Assembly: GCA_963682105.1 (NCBI GenBank)
Contig: OY821638.1
Location: 463,071-527,070 of the forward strand
Origin: Smithellaceae bacterium
GTDB lineage: Bacteria; Desulfobacterota; Syntrophia; Syntrophales; Smithellaceae
Reading direction: 5' to 3'
Length of the DNA stretch: 64,000 nucleotides
Numbering within the stretch: the first letter of the stretch is position 1; every line of letters begins with the position of its first letter. The notes under the pieces are model-generated. The model saw only the letters and a list, made by a program, of their open reading frames with translations. It was not told where the DNA came from and did not search any database. Shown here piece by piece: positions 8,941-17,863 of this stretch. The position numbers were made by a program, and so were the translations under genes.

Positions 8941-9369
8941 TTAATTCGGTGCAAGAACTTCGATCACTGTATCAATGCGACCGGTAGCAGCCGCAACGCC
9001 GGTTGTCGCATAAATGGGAATGTCCGACGTGGTCGTGTTTTTATAGCCGAGCCCCAAACTGGAGCCCGCTCTTGCAATCTGAGTCACCAGATCACCCGTG
9101 TTCATGACCGTTGCCGCAAGATAACGGTCATCATCGCCCGCGTCGCCAATCTTGATCGTCACGCCGGACCCGAGTGCGGCCGCTACGATCTTGCCGCCGA
9201 TAAAGGTTTCACCGGGTTTTAACACGCCGATATTAACGACCGTCCCCGATGCTTCCGCCGCAAATGTATAAGAGTCGCACATCGCCCGCATTTTTCCGCC
9301 GTACTCAGACCCCATCAGGGTCGAAGGAGTCGGCGCTATATATTTCGCGTAATTGGTTCCATTTGCCAT
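8941..9369 (-). CDS. Small capsid-associated protein (decoration/cement candidate)
   Basis: 142 aa, directly downstream of the major capsid gene and separated from it by a GC hairpin. The function is inferred from position only. Confidence 0.35.
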   Translation of the reverse strand: MANGTNYAKYIAPTPSTLMGSEYGGKMRAMCDSYTFAAEASGTVVNIGVLKPGETFIGGKIVAAALGSGVTIKIGDAGDDDRYLAATVMNTGDLVTQIARAGSSLGLGYKNTTTSDIPIYATTGVAAATGRIDTVIEVLAPN

Positions 9370-9390
9370 TGTTCGCTTACCTCTCTTTCA

Positions 9391-9414
9391 GGGGCGGGTT
9401 TTGCGCCCCGCCCC
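9391..9414 (-). promoter_or_regulatory. GC hairpin between the major capsid gene and the next gene (possible attenuator or mRNA stabiliser)
   Basis: GGGGCGGG (8 bp) / CCCGCCCC with an 8-nt loop. No U-tract on the minus strand. Confidence 0.45.
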
Positions 9415-9430
9415 GGTTAATGGTTATTGG

Positions 9431-10294
9431 TTAAGATTCGGTACACTGGATTTCAACAACGCCCTTTTCATCCATGCGCGTGGCGCCGATGGACATGCCC
9501 ACATAGACCTGAATCGCCATGTTTTTATCCCGGCGAGGACCGACGTCGACAATCACATCCAGACCAACGCCCAGCATCAGGCTGTTTTTCTGCCAGGCCA
9601 GACAGGAACGGGTTGTGGAGGATTTCGAAAGTCGCTCCAGGCGCTTGAAATTGAATCCAACGAACGTATCGACCTTGCCTTCAACAAGCGCCTTAACCGA
9701 GTTGTAGTCGGCGCTTGTGACTTCCGTGGTCCCCAAAAGGTTGTCGATCTGATTGGATGTGCAGGCGATAAATCTGTCTTCTTCGTCCACTTCGTTGGCG
9801 TCGAGGACCTTCTTTGCCGACCGCAATTTTGCCACAGTCAAACCGGTGGAACCATGAACAATCTGATGCGTGGACGTGGGGAAAGTGTACGACGTGGAAC
9901 CGTCAACGCCGCCGTAAGCCGTCGCCAGAGCCGCCGCAATGATTTCATCATCTTTGGAGCGGTTAAAGGCGTTTTTGGCGTTGAGAACGTAATTGCTGGT
10001 CGGATCGGTCAGGATCTTCTTGAGGTCCATATTGTCGACAAGATCGGCCCAGTCGAAGTCAGCCAGCGTAATGCGCCGTCTGAGGTGCGGCGTAGAAATA
10101 AGCGGCGTATCACCGTGGCGCTGGGTTCTTTTTCTTGCCGCCGTCGCGTTTAACTGATCAAAGAAAGCGTTCTTACCGACGATGCCGGTTTCCAGCCGGA
10201 CACACGGAGCAAGGCGGCTCTCTTTCTGCTGCATTAAAATCTGAACATTAGACGAATACTGCTCAACCATCGCAGTGGTAATTTCGTAACTCAT
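9431..10294 (-). CDS. Major capsid protein
   Basis: 287 aa. Sits after the scaffold gene behind a strong SD (GGAGGT). The sequence has the general look of phage major capsid proteins. The call rests on position and family resemblance and is not verified. Confidence 0.7.
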   Translation of the reverse strand: MSYEITTAMVEQYSSNVQILMQQKESRLAPCVRLETGIVGKNAFFDQLNATAARKRTQRHGDTPLISTPHLRRRITLADFDWADLVDNMDLKKILTDPTSNYVLNAKNAFNRSKDDEIIAAALATAYGGVDGSTSYTFPTSTHQIVHGSTGLTVAKLRSAKKVLDANEVDEEDRFIACTSNQIDNLLGTTEVTSADYNSVKALVEGKVDTFVGFNFKRLERLSKSSTTRSCLAWQKNSLMLGVGLDVIVDVGPRRDKNMAIQVYVGMSIGATRMDEKGVVEIQCTES

Positions 10295-10490
10295 AAGTTT
10301 TACCTCCGAAAAATTGATTTAATTTTTCGACGGCTCTGCCCGTTAAACGGAAACCATCATCGGCGCTTAACGTTGCGCCGTTTCCCGGCTGGCTTTCAGC
10401 TTGCACGGACTCACTTGTGAGCTACCCGATTGTCATTGCTTTGGTGATTAAACTCCTTTGTTGCGCGGACCCTTGCGGGCTGCCCGCTGG

Positions 10491-10790
10491 TTATTGATTC
10501 GCCCAACGATCCCGCCAGGCATTCGGCGGATAATTAGACCCGTTGCAAATCGCTTCCAACTCTTCAACCGGCAAAGACAGGTCAAACTCTTTGCCGGTGT
10601 TTTTGCTGATTTCTTCAAGCTCGCGCCGGAGAGCGTAAGGAAGAGAAGGTTTTTCTTCCGCGGGCGCTTCGGCGGCTTCGGTCGGCGTTGCCTCGCTTGC
10701 GCCTGTGCCTGCGCTTGCCTGTTCTTCCTGATTTACGGTCTGATCCACCGTATTATTGTCTTTTGGTTGCGCCTTCGCCATCTTTCCCAT
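10491..10790 (-). CDS. Hypothetical acidic head-module protein
   Basis: 99-aa ORF between the scaffold and capsid genes. Low-complexity Ala/Glu/Thr N-terminal half. Start uncertain. Confidence 0.35.
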   Translation of the reverse strand: MGKMAKAQPKDNNTVDQTVNQEEQASAGTGASEATPTEAAEAPAEEKPSLPYALRRELEEISKNTGKEFDLSLPVEELEAICNGSNYPPNAWRDRWANQ

Positions 10791-10918
10791 CCTTTCCCGG
10801 CGCCGGATTCATCGGCTTGCCGTCATCGCCCAATTGTCTCGGGTTCGGCCGATCATGCTGCGTTACGATCCGAACCCCCTGTGTCCTGGCATCGAATTCT
10901 TGATTTTGATCCATTCTC

Positions 10919-11818
10919 TCACCCCGCCATATTCACGGACTTTTTGCCGTGGATTGCTTCATGGAGCCGCGATACTTCGGCCACCGCGTGAGCATGCTGC
11001 GGGTGCGATTTGTCCCAGTAGGCGGCATGCAGCTTGTTTTCTTTGTTGGCCATGATGTCTTTGACCATCGCCGGAGCATCTTCCCCCAGAAGGTTAAACG
11101 ACTTATCGCCCCGAATCGCCGCGTCTTCCATCATGCCGCGGGCAACGTTTCCGAATACCTTGACGACCAGCGGATCATTGCCGAATTTGTCGATGAATGC
11201 GGCCACGGTCTGAGGATCGCCGCCAAAGCGGTTCAATGCCGCATTCGCTCCGGACTTGTATTCCTCGTATTTCTCTTTCGTGCCAAGTTCCTTCATCAAC
11301 GCGGTTTCGGTTTCTTCGGCGCGCTTGGCCTGATCCGCTTCAATCGCCTTGAATGCTTCGCCCTGGTATTTATTCCAGAGGGCATAAATCCCCTGTGCCT
11401 GCTTTGGAAGAATGCCCAGCGCATGACAGGCGGTTTTGAATTCACCTTCCAGCTTTTCATCATACGGCAGGCCTTCGGGGTGATCTGCAGGACGCTCGAA
11501 CGTGTACCCGCTGGCATCCTTCGGGCGCCCCAAACGGTCAAAGACGTGATTCCAGTTTTCCGCCGTGTCCAGTTTGCCCGCAGGGATGACCAGCTTTTCC
11601 CCGCCGATCAGTTTTGATGCATTAGCAGCCCACTTGAAAACATCCGTCACGGGTTTGCCGTCAAAGGATTTCAGTGTGGCATCGTCCTTGTATTCGCCCA
11701 ACATTTCCGCGTTGATAACCATCGGAGCCGCAGCCCCGCCCCCCGACTGACTCCCCGGATCACCGCTTTGACTTCCCGGAGCGCCCTGCCCCGGATCACT
11801 TCCCGGATCATTCGACAT
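10919..11818 (-). CDS. Scaffolding protein
   Basis: 299 aa from the ATG at 11818 (GGAGG 9-10 nt upstream). Gly/Ser/Pro-rich N-terminus followed by a long helical, charged region. Lies between the portal and capsid genes. Confidence 0.55.
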   Translation of the reverse strand: MSNDPGSDPGQGAPGSQSGDPGSQSGGGAAAPMVINAEMLGEYKDDATLKSFDGKPVTDVFKWAANASKLIGGEKLVIPAGKLDTAENWNHVFDRLGRPKDASGYTFERPADHPEGLPYDEKLEGEFKTACHALGILPKQAQGIYALWNKYQGEAFKAIEADQAKRAEETETALMKELGTKEKYEEYKSGANAALNRFGGDPQTVAAFIDKFGNDPLVVKVFGNVARGMMEDAAIRGDKSFNLLGEDAPAMVKDIMANKENKLHAAYWDKSHPQHAHAVAEVSRLHEAIHGKKSVNMAG

Positions 11819-11822
11819 AAAA

Positions 11823-12116
11823 TTAACCTCCAATAATTAATCGCTGTTTCATCTCATCAGAAAGATTTGACAAGATGTATAAAAACACATTCCGTTCACC
11901 TTCGCGCAATGCTGTTTCGTGCGTGTCCCCCTGAACGTAAGAAATCCGGTTGACGTGGCAAAAATCCATGATGTCTTTCAGGACTTCAAAACCTTCCCGC
12001 GTGGAGAAAATCAGGCCGTAGTTGATGCGCTTTTGCTTATCGAACTGTGTTTGTTCCGCCATCAAATCGGACAAGGATTTGTCTTTTTTCCCGGCGTTAA
12101 AAATATCTTCACTCAT
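11823..12116 (-). CDS. Hypothetical head-module protein (97 aa)
   Basis: ORF overlap-coupled to the portal stop. No recognisable motif. Confidence 0.4.
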   Translation of the reverse strand: MSEDIFNAGKKDKSLSDLMAEQTQFDKQKRINYGLIFSTREGFEVLKDIMDFCHVNRISYVQGDTHETALREGERNVFLYILSNLSDEMKQRLIIGG

Positions 12117-13747
12117 CTACCCGCCCCCATTTGTTTCATTAACCCTTCCGCCAGGCTTCCCGCCTCCGGCGTCTTGGACAAATTCGGAATCTGAGACGCA
12201 GCCGCTTCAAGCTGCATGTCGGCTTTTTCTTGTGCCAGCGCCTGAGCCTGCAAAGCGCGACGCTTATCCCTCACGTCCGGCGGAACCAGATATTTAATCG
12301 GCATGCCAGCGCGCGTCGCCGTGCCCTGCGCGATTTCGTCCACGTCAAAATTATCCAGAATTTCGGGTCTGGCTTCGGCTAACTGGCCAACGAACGTCAA
12401 AACCTGCCCCGTTGCCTGCGTTTCCTGCGATTTCATCGCCAGCGCCAAACGTCCGACGTATTCCACCGACAAACCCTGACCAGCCAACTCGCGCGGAACC
12501 GGAAGAAGATACCCGGCACGGTAAAGAATCCAAAACACCCGCGTCAAGAACGGGTCGAAAAGCTCCGTCTGTTGACGCCCAAGCGCAGGCCCGAGGATGG
12601 AAAGTTTCTCTTCAACAATCTGCCGAACCTCATAGGCCGTCTTTTGCTGGTTGTCTTGTTGAGCCAGCGCAAGGAAAAGATCGTGGTAAAATGCATCTCT
12701 TACGGCCTGCCGGTATTCATTGACGTAATCCATCGCAATATCAAAGCGCGAGCCGGATTGAAGCGCCTGTGGAGCTTCCCCGGATTTGTGATAGATCACC
12801 CCGCCCGCTTTTGTGTTCGTGGAGGAAATAGCCGACTCTTTCGACGCCAGAAGAGGCGGATCAATGGCTTTCTGAATCCCTCGCATGTTGTCGTAGCACA
12901 TCTGATTCAACATTTTGCCGTCAGGCAGCGCGTCCATGCCCGGCGCGCGGCCGTAAACTTCGCCGTCGTCCTTTTCCCAGCGCGGGCAGGCAAAGGGAAA
13001 TTCCTGGTATCCGGATTCGGAAAGGATATTCTTTGATTCCCGCTCGACGTAGACGGACGCCCAGGGCATGTTCATGTTATCCATCTTCCGCCAATTGTAA
13101 TCATCGCGCGGGTAGACGGCATGAATGACTTCGAACTGTTCATCTTTTTTGTCGTCTTTGTACGCCTTCTCGACCTTCTCTGAAACCTTAACGCCCCACT
13201 TCATGACCATCTGACGCGCCGTGAACTTTTCCAGCCGGTAAACAGAATCAACAACGCCGTCAGCATCTTCCATGATGCAGCAATTGCCAACACTGAACGT
13301 CTGGCAGTTGATCGCGTATCGCCGCCCCGGCTCGATGTACATGATCGCAGTTCCCGCCCAGCCTTCCGCCCGGTAAACCTGTTGAAGAGCCAGCGGCGCA
13401 TTACTGGAATTGATCGCATTGCGCAGGCGTTCGGTTGTGTCCGCCAGCCAGAATTTGACGTTTGCATTCTCCGCCAGCGTCTTGTTTTTGGTCGTCAGCA
13501 TGAACCACGGGACCGACTGAGGCGAAAGGTTTCCATACAGGCCATTGGCAAAAACCCTATGCGCCCGGATTGCCGTGCCGTCGTAGATATTCGACTGACG
13601 CTTGCCGCCCTCGACGTACTGGTCATACAGGAACTTTATCGCCAGCATGAATTCTGAAATCTCGCGCAGGTGACTCTTGAGCGTCCCTTTATCGCCGTCC
13701 AGCTTCGTGTAAACGTCGATGATCTTTTTGGCATCAGCAGCGGCCAT
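12113..13747 (-). CDS. Portal (head-tail connector) protein
   Basis: 544 aa from the ATG at 13747. The size, the position after terminase and the N-terminal region (IYDGTAIRAHRVFANGLYGNLSPQSVPWFML) fit podovirus-type connector proteins. The 57-codon upstream extension in the ORF track is Arg/Pro-rich and overlaps 13752..14060. Confidence 0.75.
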   Translation of the reverse strand: MAAADAKKIIDVYTKLDGDKGTLKSHLREISEFMLAIKFLYDQYVEGGKRQSNIYDGTAIRAHRVFANGLYGNLSPQSVPWFMLTTKNKTLAENANVKFWLADTTERLRNAINSSNAPLALQQVYRAEGWAGTAIMYIEPGRRYAINCQTFSVGNCCIMEDADGVVDSVYRLEKFTARQMVMKWGVKVSEKVEKAYKDDKKDEQFEVIHAVYPRDDYNWRKMDNMNMPWASVYVERESKNILSESGYQEFPFACPRWEKDDGEVYGRAPGMDALPDGKMLNQMCYDNMRGIQKAIDPPLLASKESAISSTNTKAGGVIYHKSGEAPQALQSGSRFDIAMDYVNEYRQAVRDAFYHDLFLALAQQDNQQKTAYEVRQIVEEKLSILGPALGRQQTELFDPFLTRVFWILYRAGYLLPVPRELAGQGLSVEYVGRLALAMKSQETQATGQVLTFVGQLAEARPEILDNFDVDEIAQGTATRAGMPIKYLVPPDVRDKRRALQAQALAQEKADMQLEAAASQIPNLSKTPEAGSLAEGLMKQMGAGR

Positions 13748-13751
13748 TTTG

Positions 13752-14060
13752 CTATTCTCCCGTAGTCTGCCGGCCAGCGGTTGCGGCGCCCAAAACGCGC
13801 TTTTTAACCGGCGCGGACTCCGTCGTATTCCCGGCAAATGTGTTTTCCGTCTTCGAGGGCATCGCCCGCAAGATTCGGCGCTTCTCATCAGCGGCCCCGG
13901 CGCCCATGGTCTTATCATTCACGCCCGGAACGTTTCCCGGGTCTTTCGGCGCCGCGGCCAGGGGCGTGGCGTCCACGTTCTTTAACTTCGGAACTGCCGG
14001 AGGATCTTCCGGCCCGCCATTTACAGCCCGCATAAGTAACGACGAAACCAATTCAGCCAT
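13752..14060 (-). CDS. Hypothetical Pro/Ala-rich protein (102 aa)
   Basis: Fills the gap between the terminase stop (14062) and the portal start (13747) exactly. No motif. Confidence 0.3.
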   Translation of the reverse strand: MAELVSSLLMRAVNGGPEDPPAVPKLKNVDATPLAAAPKDPGNVPGVNDKTMGAGAADEKRRILRAMPSKTENTFAGNTTESAPVKKRVLGAATAGRQTTGE

Positions 14061-14061
14061 C

Positions 14062-15660
14062 TTATCGCCTCCCGAAAATATCGTAATCCGTTTGCTGCCG
14101 GTGCATCATCGATGACCGGCCAAGGGTGAAAATGTCCTGCGCTGTGTCCTGGTATTGCGGAAATAATTTAAGCGCGCTTGTTTTCGGTGTAGTAACCGAG
14201 CAATAAATTACCGCGTCAGCATCATCCGGAGAGCATCCTAATCGCTTTTTGATCTGGTCTTTTTCCTCGATGATGATTCCGCCCGGTCCAATCTTCCAAA
14301 GAGGTGCGCATAAATCAGATTTTAATTTCGGATCAGGAGGCAACGCGACATTGTCCCCCGTTTCCGGATCAAGCATTTCCCGGAAACGCCAATGCAGCAT
14401 CGCCCGCAGATTTCGAAATCCAAGCCGCCCGGTTGATTTATCCCACTGTCCAGCACATGAGGCAGTGTTATAGCCGACAATCGGAATAACCTGAATTCCG
14501 TTTGATTCCAGATGACCAATCGTTTCGCCGCCAACTCCCAGCGCGTCAACGTGGACCGGAGCGCCATCGCGAAGCTGGGACACAACAAGTCCGGACGTAA
14601 CGGAGCCGTTTGGTGTTTCCCTTCCCGGCCAGCGCTTTAACGGCGAATACCAGCGGCCATATCGTGTCGATACTATCGTGAAGTCGGACCCGCCGCGAGC
14701 CACATCAACCCCGCAACTGTCCATTTCACCGTGCTTTCCTTCTGGTGTCCATCGCGCCATCGCCGCATCAACCCACGCAGTAGGAAATACTTGCCAGACG
14801 CTGTCTTCTATGCCCGCTTTAAAGTCGGCGTTGAGCATTTGGGAACGCAAGGGCTCAGGAAGCGCTTGAAGCGTCGCTTCGTATCCCGTGGCCATCAAAA
14901 ACGGATTATCTGTGACACGAGACGAAATGAACGTCCTGGATATCGGCTGCACCATTCGCCCGTTGAGTTTAAACGGACGCCCGTTTTCCACTTCAACGTC
15001 CTTCCCGTCAATTGTGGTAAACCAGCGTATTTCTCCGGGACGTGCCGGATTCGGATGTTTATCATCGAGCCATGGAGCCCAATAAGTCACGACCCAACGT
15101 CCGTTTTCGTCAGTGGGGGGATTCCCGGCGCATATTACACGGCATCGTTGACCTGGTTTCGTTGTACGCAGCCAGCCAATCAAGAACCGGAATTGTAATT
15201 CAAGAAAGTGTGTGATTTCATCGAACCCGATAAAATCATGTGGACGGCCCTGAAACTTAATTTCATCTCCCAGATTGTTGCACGATCCAAATTCAATGCG
15301 ACGATCAGATAGTTTTAAAATATCATCCTGACCGTTCCAGCCCTGACGACTCTTTAAAATCTCATCGAGCAAGCGCCCTTGAATACCGATTAACTGCGTG
15401 GCCTGTCTTCGGTAAATAATGGAATTTGTGTGTTGAGTTAACGACGCGCCTAGAAGCAAATCAGACTTGCCTCCGCCGGCAGCTCCGCCATAAAATACGA
15501 TATCGGCCGGACTGTCCAACGCCTCAGATTGCGGACCGACAAGCGGAACCCACACAGGAAGCTCAGAAGACAACAACGAATCCAGTTCGTTCTTTTCGTC
15601 ATCGCCCATGATTGCGAGAATTCCCGCTATTTCCTCAATTTTCGCCGCCGCGCTCTTCAT
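14062..15660 (-). CDS. Terminase large subunit
   Basis: Walker A motif GGAAGGGKS near the N-terminus, about 530 aa, followed by the portal gene. The ATG at 15660 was chosen because the track start at 15702 overlaps the terS-like gene more deeply. Confidence 0.9.
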   Translation of the reverse strand: MKSAAAKIEEIAGILAIMGDDEKNELDSLLSSELPVWVPLVGPQSEALDSPADIVFYGGAAGGGKSDLLLGASLTQHTNSIIYRRQATQLIGIQGRLLDEILKSRQGWNGQDDILKLSDRRIEFGSCNNLGDEIKFQGRPHDFIGFDEITHFLELQFRFLIGWLRTTKPGQRCRVICAGNPPTDENGRWVVTYWAPWLDDKHPNPARPGEIRWFTTIDGKDVEVENGRPFKLNGRMVQPISRTFISSRVTDNPFLMATGYEATLQALPEPLRSQMLNADFKAGIEDSVWQVFPTAWVDAAMARWTPEGKHGEMDSCGVDVARGGSDFTIVSTRYGRWYSPLKRWPGRETPNGSVTSGLVVSQLRDGAPVHVDALGVGGETIGHLESNGIQVIPIVGYNTASCAGQWDKSTGRLGFRNLRAMLHWRFREMLDPETGDNVALPPDPKLKSDLCAPLWKIGPGGIIIEEKDQIKKRLGCSPDDADAVIYCSVTTPKTSALKLFPQYQDTAQDIFTLGRSSMMHRQQTDYDIFGRR

Positions 15661-16048
15661 CCGCCTTTTTCCTTTTTGCCGCCTGATCGAGCAAGTAAAC
15701 AAGTCTCGTTGCCCGTTCCATATCGTTGAATAACCCGCCTATCTTCTGTGGCTTTCCGTTTTCATCCGGAAATTCAATCTGCTTTTTCTCCACCGGCTTC
15801 ATGTCCAATAGAGGAATCGCCATTTCAGCAGCTTTCAGGCGCGTTCCATGTGAAACTAATTTCTTTGAATAAAAAAATTTACCTCGGTCTTTATCGAAAG
15901 CTGTTTTGACTTCATAGGCATCCAGCCCTTCCTTGATACGTTTTATTACCCGGTTAGTTGTAAGCCCTGCTTTTTTCATTGCGGCTTTTGTTTCAGCCAG
16001 TACAGATTTTAAAGCAGTGGTTTTTTGTTCTTCTGTTAAACCTCCCAT
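15635..16048 (-). CDS. Terminase small subunit candidate
   Basis: 137 aa, basic and helical, immediately upstream of TerL and overlapping it. SD GGGAGG. Confidence 0.5.
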   Translation of the reverse strand: MGGLTEEQKTTALKSVLAETKAAMKKAGLTTNRVIKRIKEGLDAYEVKTAFDKDRGKFFYSKKLVSHGTRLKAAEMAIPLLDMKPVEKKQIEFPDENGKPQKIGGLFNDMERATRLVYLLDQAAKRKKADEERGGEN

Positions 16049-16094
16049 GGCTTAATTGTTTCACGTCATGACGAAAAAAGCAGGACTAACTATT

Positions 16095-16131
16095 ATAAAC
16101 TTTCATAAACTCTTATAAACTTTTATAAACT
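16095..16131. repeat. Four direct ATAAACT repeats with exact 10-bp phasing upstream of terS
   Basis: ATAAACT at 16095, 16105, 16115 and 16125. The array starts at the stop codon of the HTH gene. Confidence 0.85.
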
Positions 16132-16354
16132 ACGAAGCAGGAAAAAGGATCTCCTGAAACTTTATATCGATGCTAATTAGCTCGCTTTTTAAAAACATCG
16201 GCTTGCCTGAAGGGGTTTGACGAAGAGGAAATTTATTGCTTTTGATATTTTTTAACACACCTGGCCACGTGTTGATATTGTACATTTTTGACCATACCGC
16301 AGTAATGTCTTTCTGGCCGATAATTCGATCATTCATCAGATCCTGAATCGTCAC
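16130..16354 (-). CDS. Small DNA-binding (HTH/excisionase-like) protein, possible late-gene regulator
   Basis: 74 aa. GTG start with GGAGGT 7-8 nt upstream and a GTGA overlap with the upstream stop. Lies just upstream of the phased repeat array and terS. Confidence 0.4.
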   Translation of the reverse strand: MTIQDLMNDRIIGQKDITAVWSKMYNINTWPGVLKNIKSNKFPLRQTPSGKPMFLKSELISIDIKFQEILFPAS

Positions 16355-17283
16355 GTCCTGACCTCCGGAATTGATTTGAGCATACCTGTAACGAGATTCG
16401 ACAACGCAGCCAGCGGGTTTTTATCTGCCTTATATTCATTGCATTCACGCTCTGAATCAGCGGCGTTATAATTCGCGTTCTCGGTCTTCACAACAGACTC
16501 AAGCCATGCCGATATCGCTGTGACTTTCTCCGGGGCTTTCATAAGTGATTTAACCGTGTGAATGATAGCATCCGGATGCTTGTTTCCGATATTCGCCTCA
16601 ACGAAAGTCCATATAGCGCGTTGCTCAAATGCGTTTGGATATCTCTCTTTCGTGGATTCGATTGCTGATTTTATTTTTTCAATCAACTCTTGCTTTCGGG
16701 CGTCGGTTTGATCCGGCGGTTTTTTCTCTTTCGGTTTTTTTAAAGAGGCTGGCGGCTTTGGGTTATCCACAGGCGTTTCAAGTTTCGGAGTAGTCGCCGA
16801 CTCCCCTTCTGCTTCTTTTTCTATTTCTACTTCTATTTCCTCTTCTATTTCGCAGGGGACTTGATTCGGACTAGCTCCGGAGTAGTTGCCGACTAGTTCT
16901 AAACTAGTAACGGACTTAGGTTCTTCAAGTTCAATACTGTATGACGGAAGTTTATCACTTCCCTTTTTATCAAGCCGTTGATGCTCAGTGTTAAAATGAA
17001 GAGAGTGTATCCAATGACGGCCATCTTTCTTAAACCATTTTACATTTGTTTTATCGTTAATTTCTTTCAGGAGGATTGGAATATTTTCATAAGTCAAATA
17101 CTGTACCTTTGGACAAATTTCGTCTTTAATGTATCCTGGTCCGCCGTTGAGTTTTCCGTGTGCGTTATACCACGGAATAAGCATTGAAAATAAAACAGCA
17201 GCTTCCGGAGACAACGAAGCAAATCCGCTAGAATTGGATATTCCACGGTTTATCATCCTGCCATCAGCAATAGGGCTTGCCAT
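16351..17283 (-). CDS. Replication initiator/organizer-like protein
   Basis: 310 aa from the ATG at 17283 (GAGGTGG SD). The N-terminal region looks like a winged-helix domain. An acidic linker (EIEEEIEVEIEKE) is encoded by iteron-like DNA. Position after RusA in the early-right operon. Confidence 0.4.
   Translation of the reverse strand: MASPIADGRMINRGISNSSGFASLSPEAAVLFSMLIPWYNAHGKLNGGPGYIKDEICPKVQYLTYENIPILLKEINDKTNVKWFKKDGRHWIHSLHFNTEHQRLDKKGSDKLPSYSIELEEPKSVTSLELVGNYSGASPNQVPCEIEEEIEVEIEKEAEGESATTPKLETPVDNPKPPASLKKPKEKKPPDQTDARKQELIEKIKSAIESTKERYPNAFEQRAIWTFVEANIGNKHPDAIIHTVKSLMKAPEKVTAISAWLESVVKTENANYNAADSERECNEYKADKNPLAALSNLVTGMLKSIPEVRT
16787..16893. repeat. Iteron-like array inside the replication gene
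   Basis: TTCTATTTC at 16819, 16831 and 16843 (12-nt period). The array is flanked by GGAGTAGTCGCCGAC (16787..16801) and GGAGTAGTTGCCGAC (16879..16893), which are read in different codon phases. Confidence 0.7.
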
Positions 17284-17285
17284 TC

Positions 17286-17651
17286 CTACCACCTCACAAT
17301 AATTTCAGTCCGAGGATTTTTCTTATCGTGATGCAGGCGCGAGCCGTCCCAAGATATAATTTGCTTGTCATTGGCCCACACGACACCCTGTAAACAATCC
17401 CCGACCGATTCCAGACACCCGCTTAAATCCGGCTGTTGCCCGGAATAAAAAATGTGCGCCTCGACGTGGACCGGAGCCGTGATCGGTTCTTTTGGTGCAA
17501 AAAGAAATTTCCATGAACGGGCCTGACGTTCCCATTCTTCGTATGCCTTCGATGGAAGATTTATTTTGAACTTGCCGGCGCCGAAGATACGCCGCGAATT
17601 TTTCTTGATCCGGAGTTTCCCCGGCAATGTGAATTGAAGTTCGTTCATCAC
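17286..17651 (-). CDS. RusA-like Holliday junction resolvase
   Basis: 121 aa. RusA-like spacing: LPGKLRIKKNSRR ... PDLSGCLESVGDCLQGVVWANDKQI, compared with the RusA pattern DLDNxxKxxxDALxxxxxxxDDxQV. Some acidic residues are substituted. Confidence 0.6.
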   Translation of the reverse strand: MMNELQFTLPGKLRIKKNSRRIFGAGKFKINLPSKAYEEWERQARSWKFLFAPKEPITAPVHVEAHIFYSGQQPDLSGCLESVGDCLQGVVWANDKQIISWDGSRLHHDKKNPRTEIIVRW

Positions 17652-17863
17652 TTCCCGTACTCCTCATACGCGTCTCTTTCCGCTTGGAGTATAGCGGCCT
17701 TGTCTTCCGGGTGATCTTTGTGCAGCTTTTCGAGCGAGTCGGAATATCCGAAGAACGGGTTCTTGTTCACAGCGTCGATTAATTCGAGGATCTTCCGCTT
17801 ATAAAAAATAACCTTTTGCGCCCGCAACTCCGCCTGATAGGCTCGCTTGCCTTCCATTGCCAT
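17648..17863 (-). CDS. Hypothetical early protein (71 aa)
   Basis: The ATG at 17863 shares its A with the TGA of the small upstream ORF (TGATG). The remainder of track ORF 17648..17953 begins with TTG. Confidence 0.4.
   Translation of the reverse strand: MAMEGKRAYQAELRAQKVIFYKRKILELIDAVNKNPFFGYSDSLEKLHKDHPEDKAAILQAERDAYEEYGK

Noticed and set aside
10750-10914. 54-codon minus-strand ORF (MDQNQEFDARTQGVRIVTQHDRPNPRQLGDDGKPMNPAPGKDGKDGEGATKRQ) between the scaffold gene and the 99-aa gene.
   Set aside because: It has a plausible SD (GGGGTGA), but the sequence is low-complexity. It overlaps the start of ORF 10491..10790 in another frame, and I cannot decide between the two models from sequence alone.
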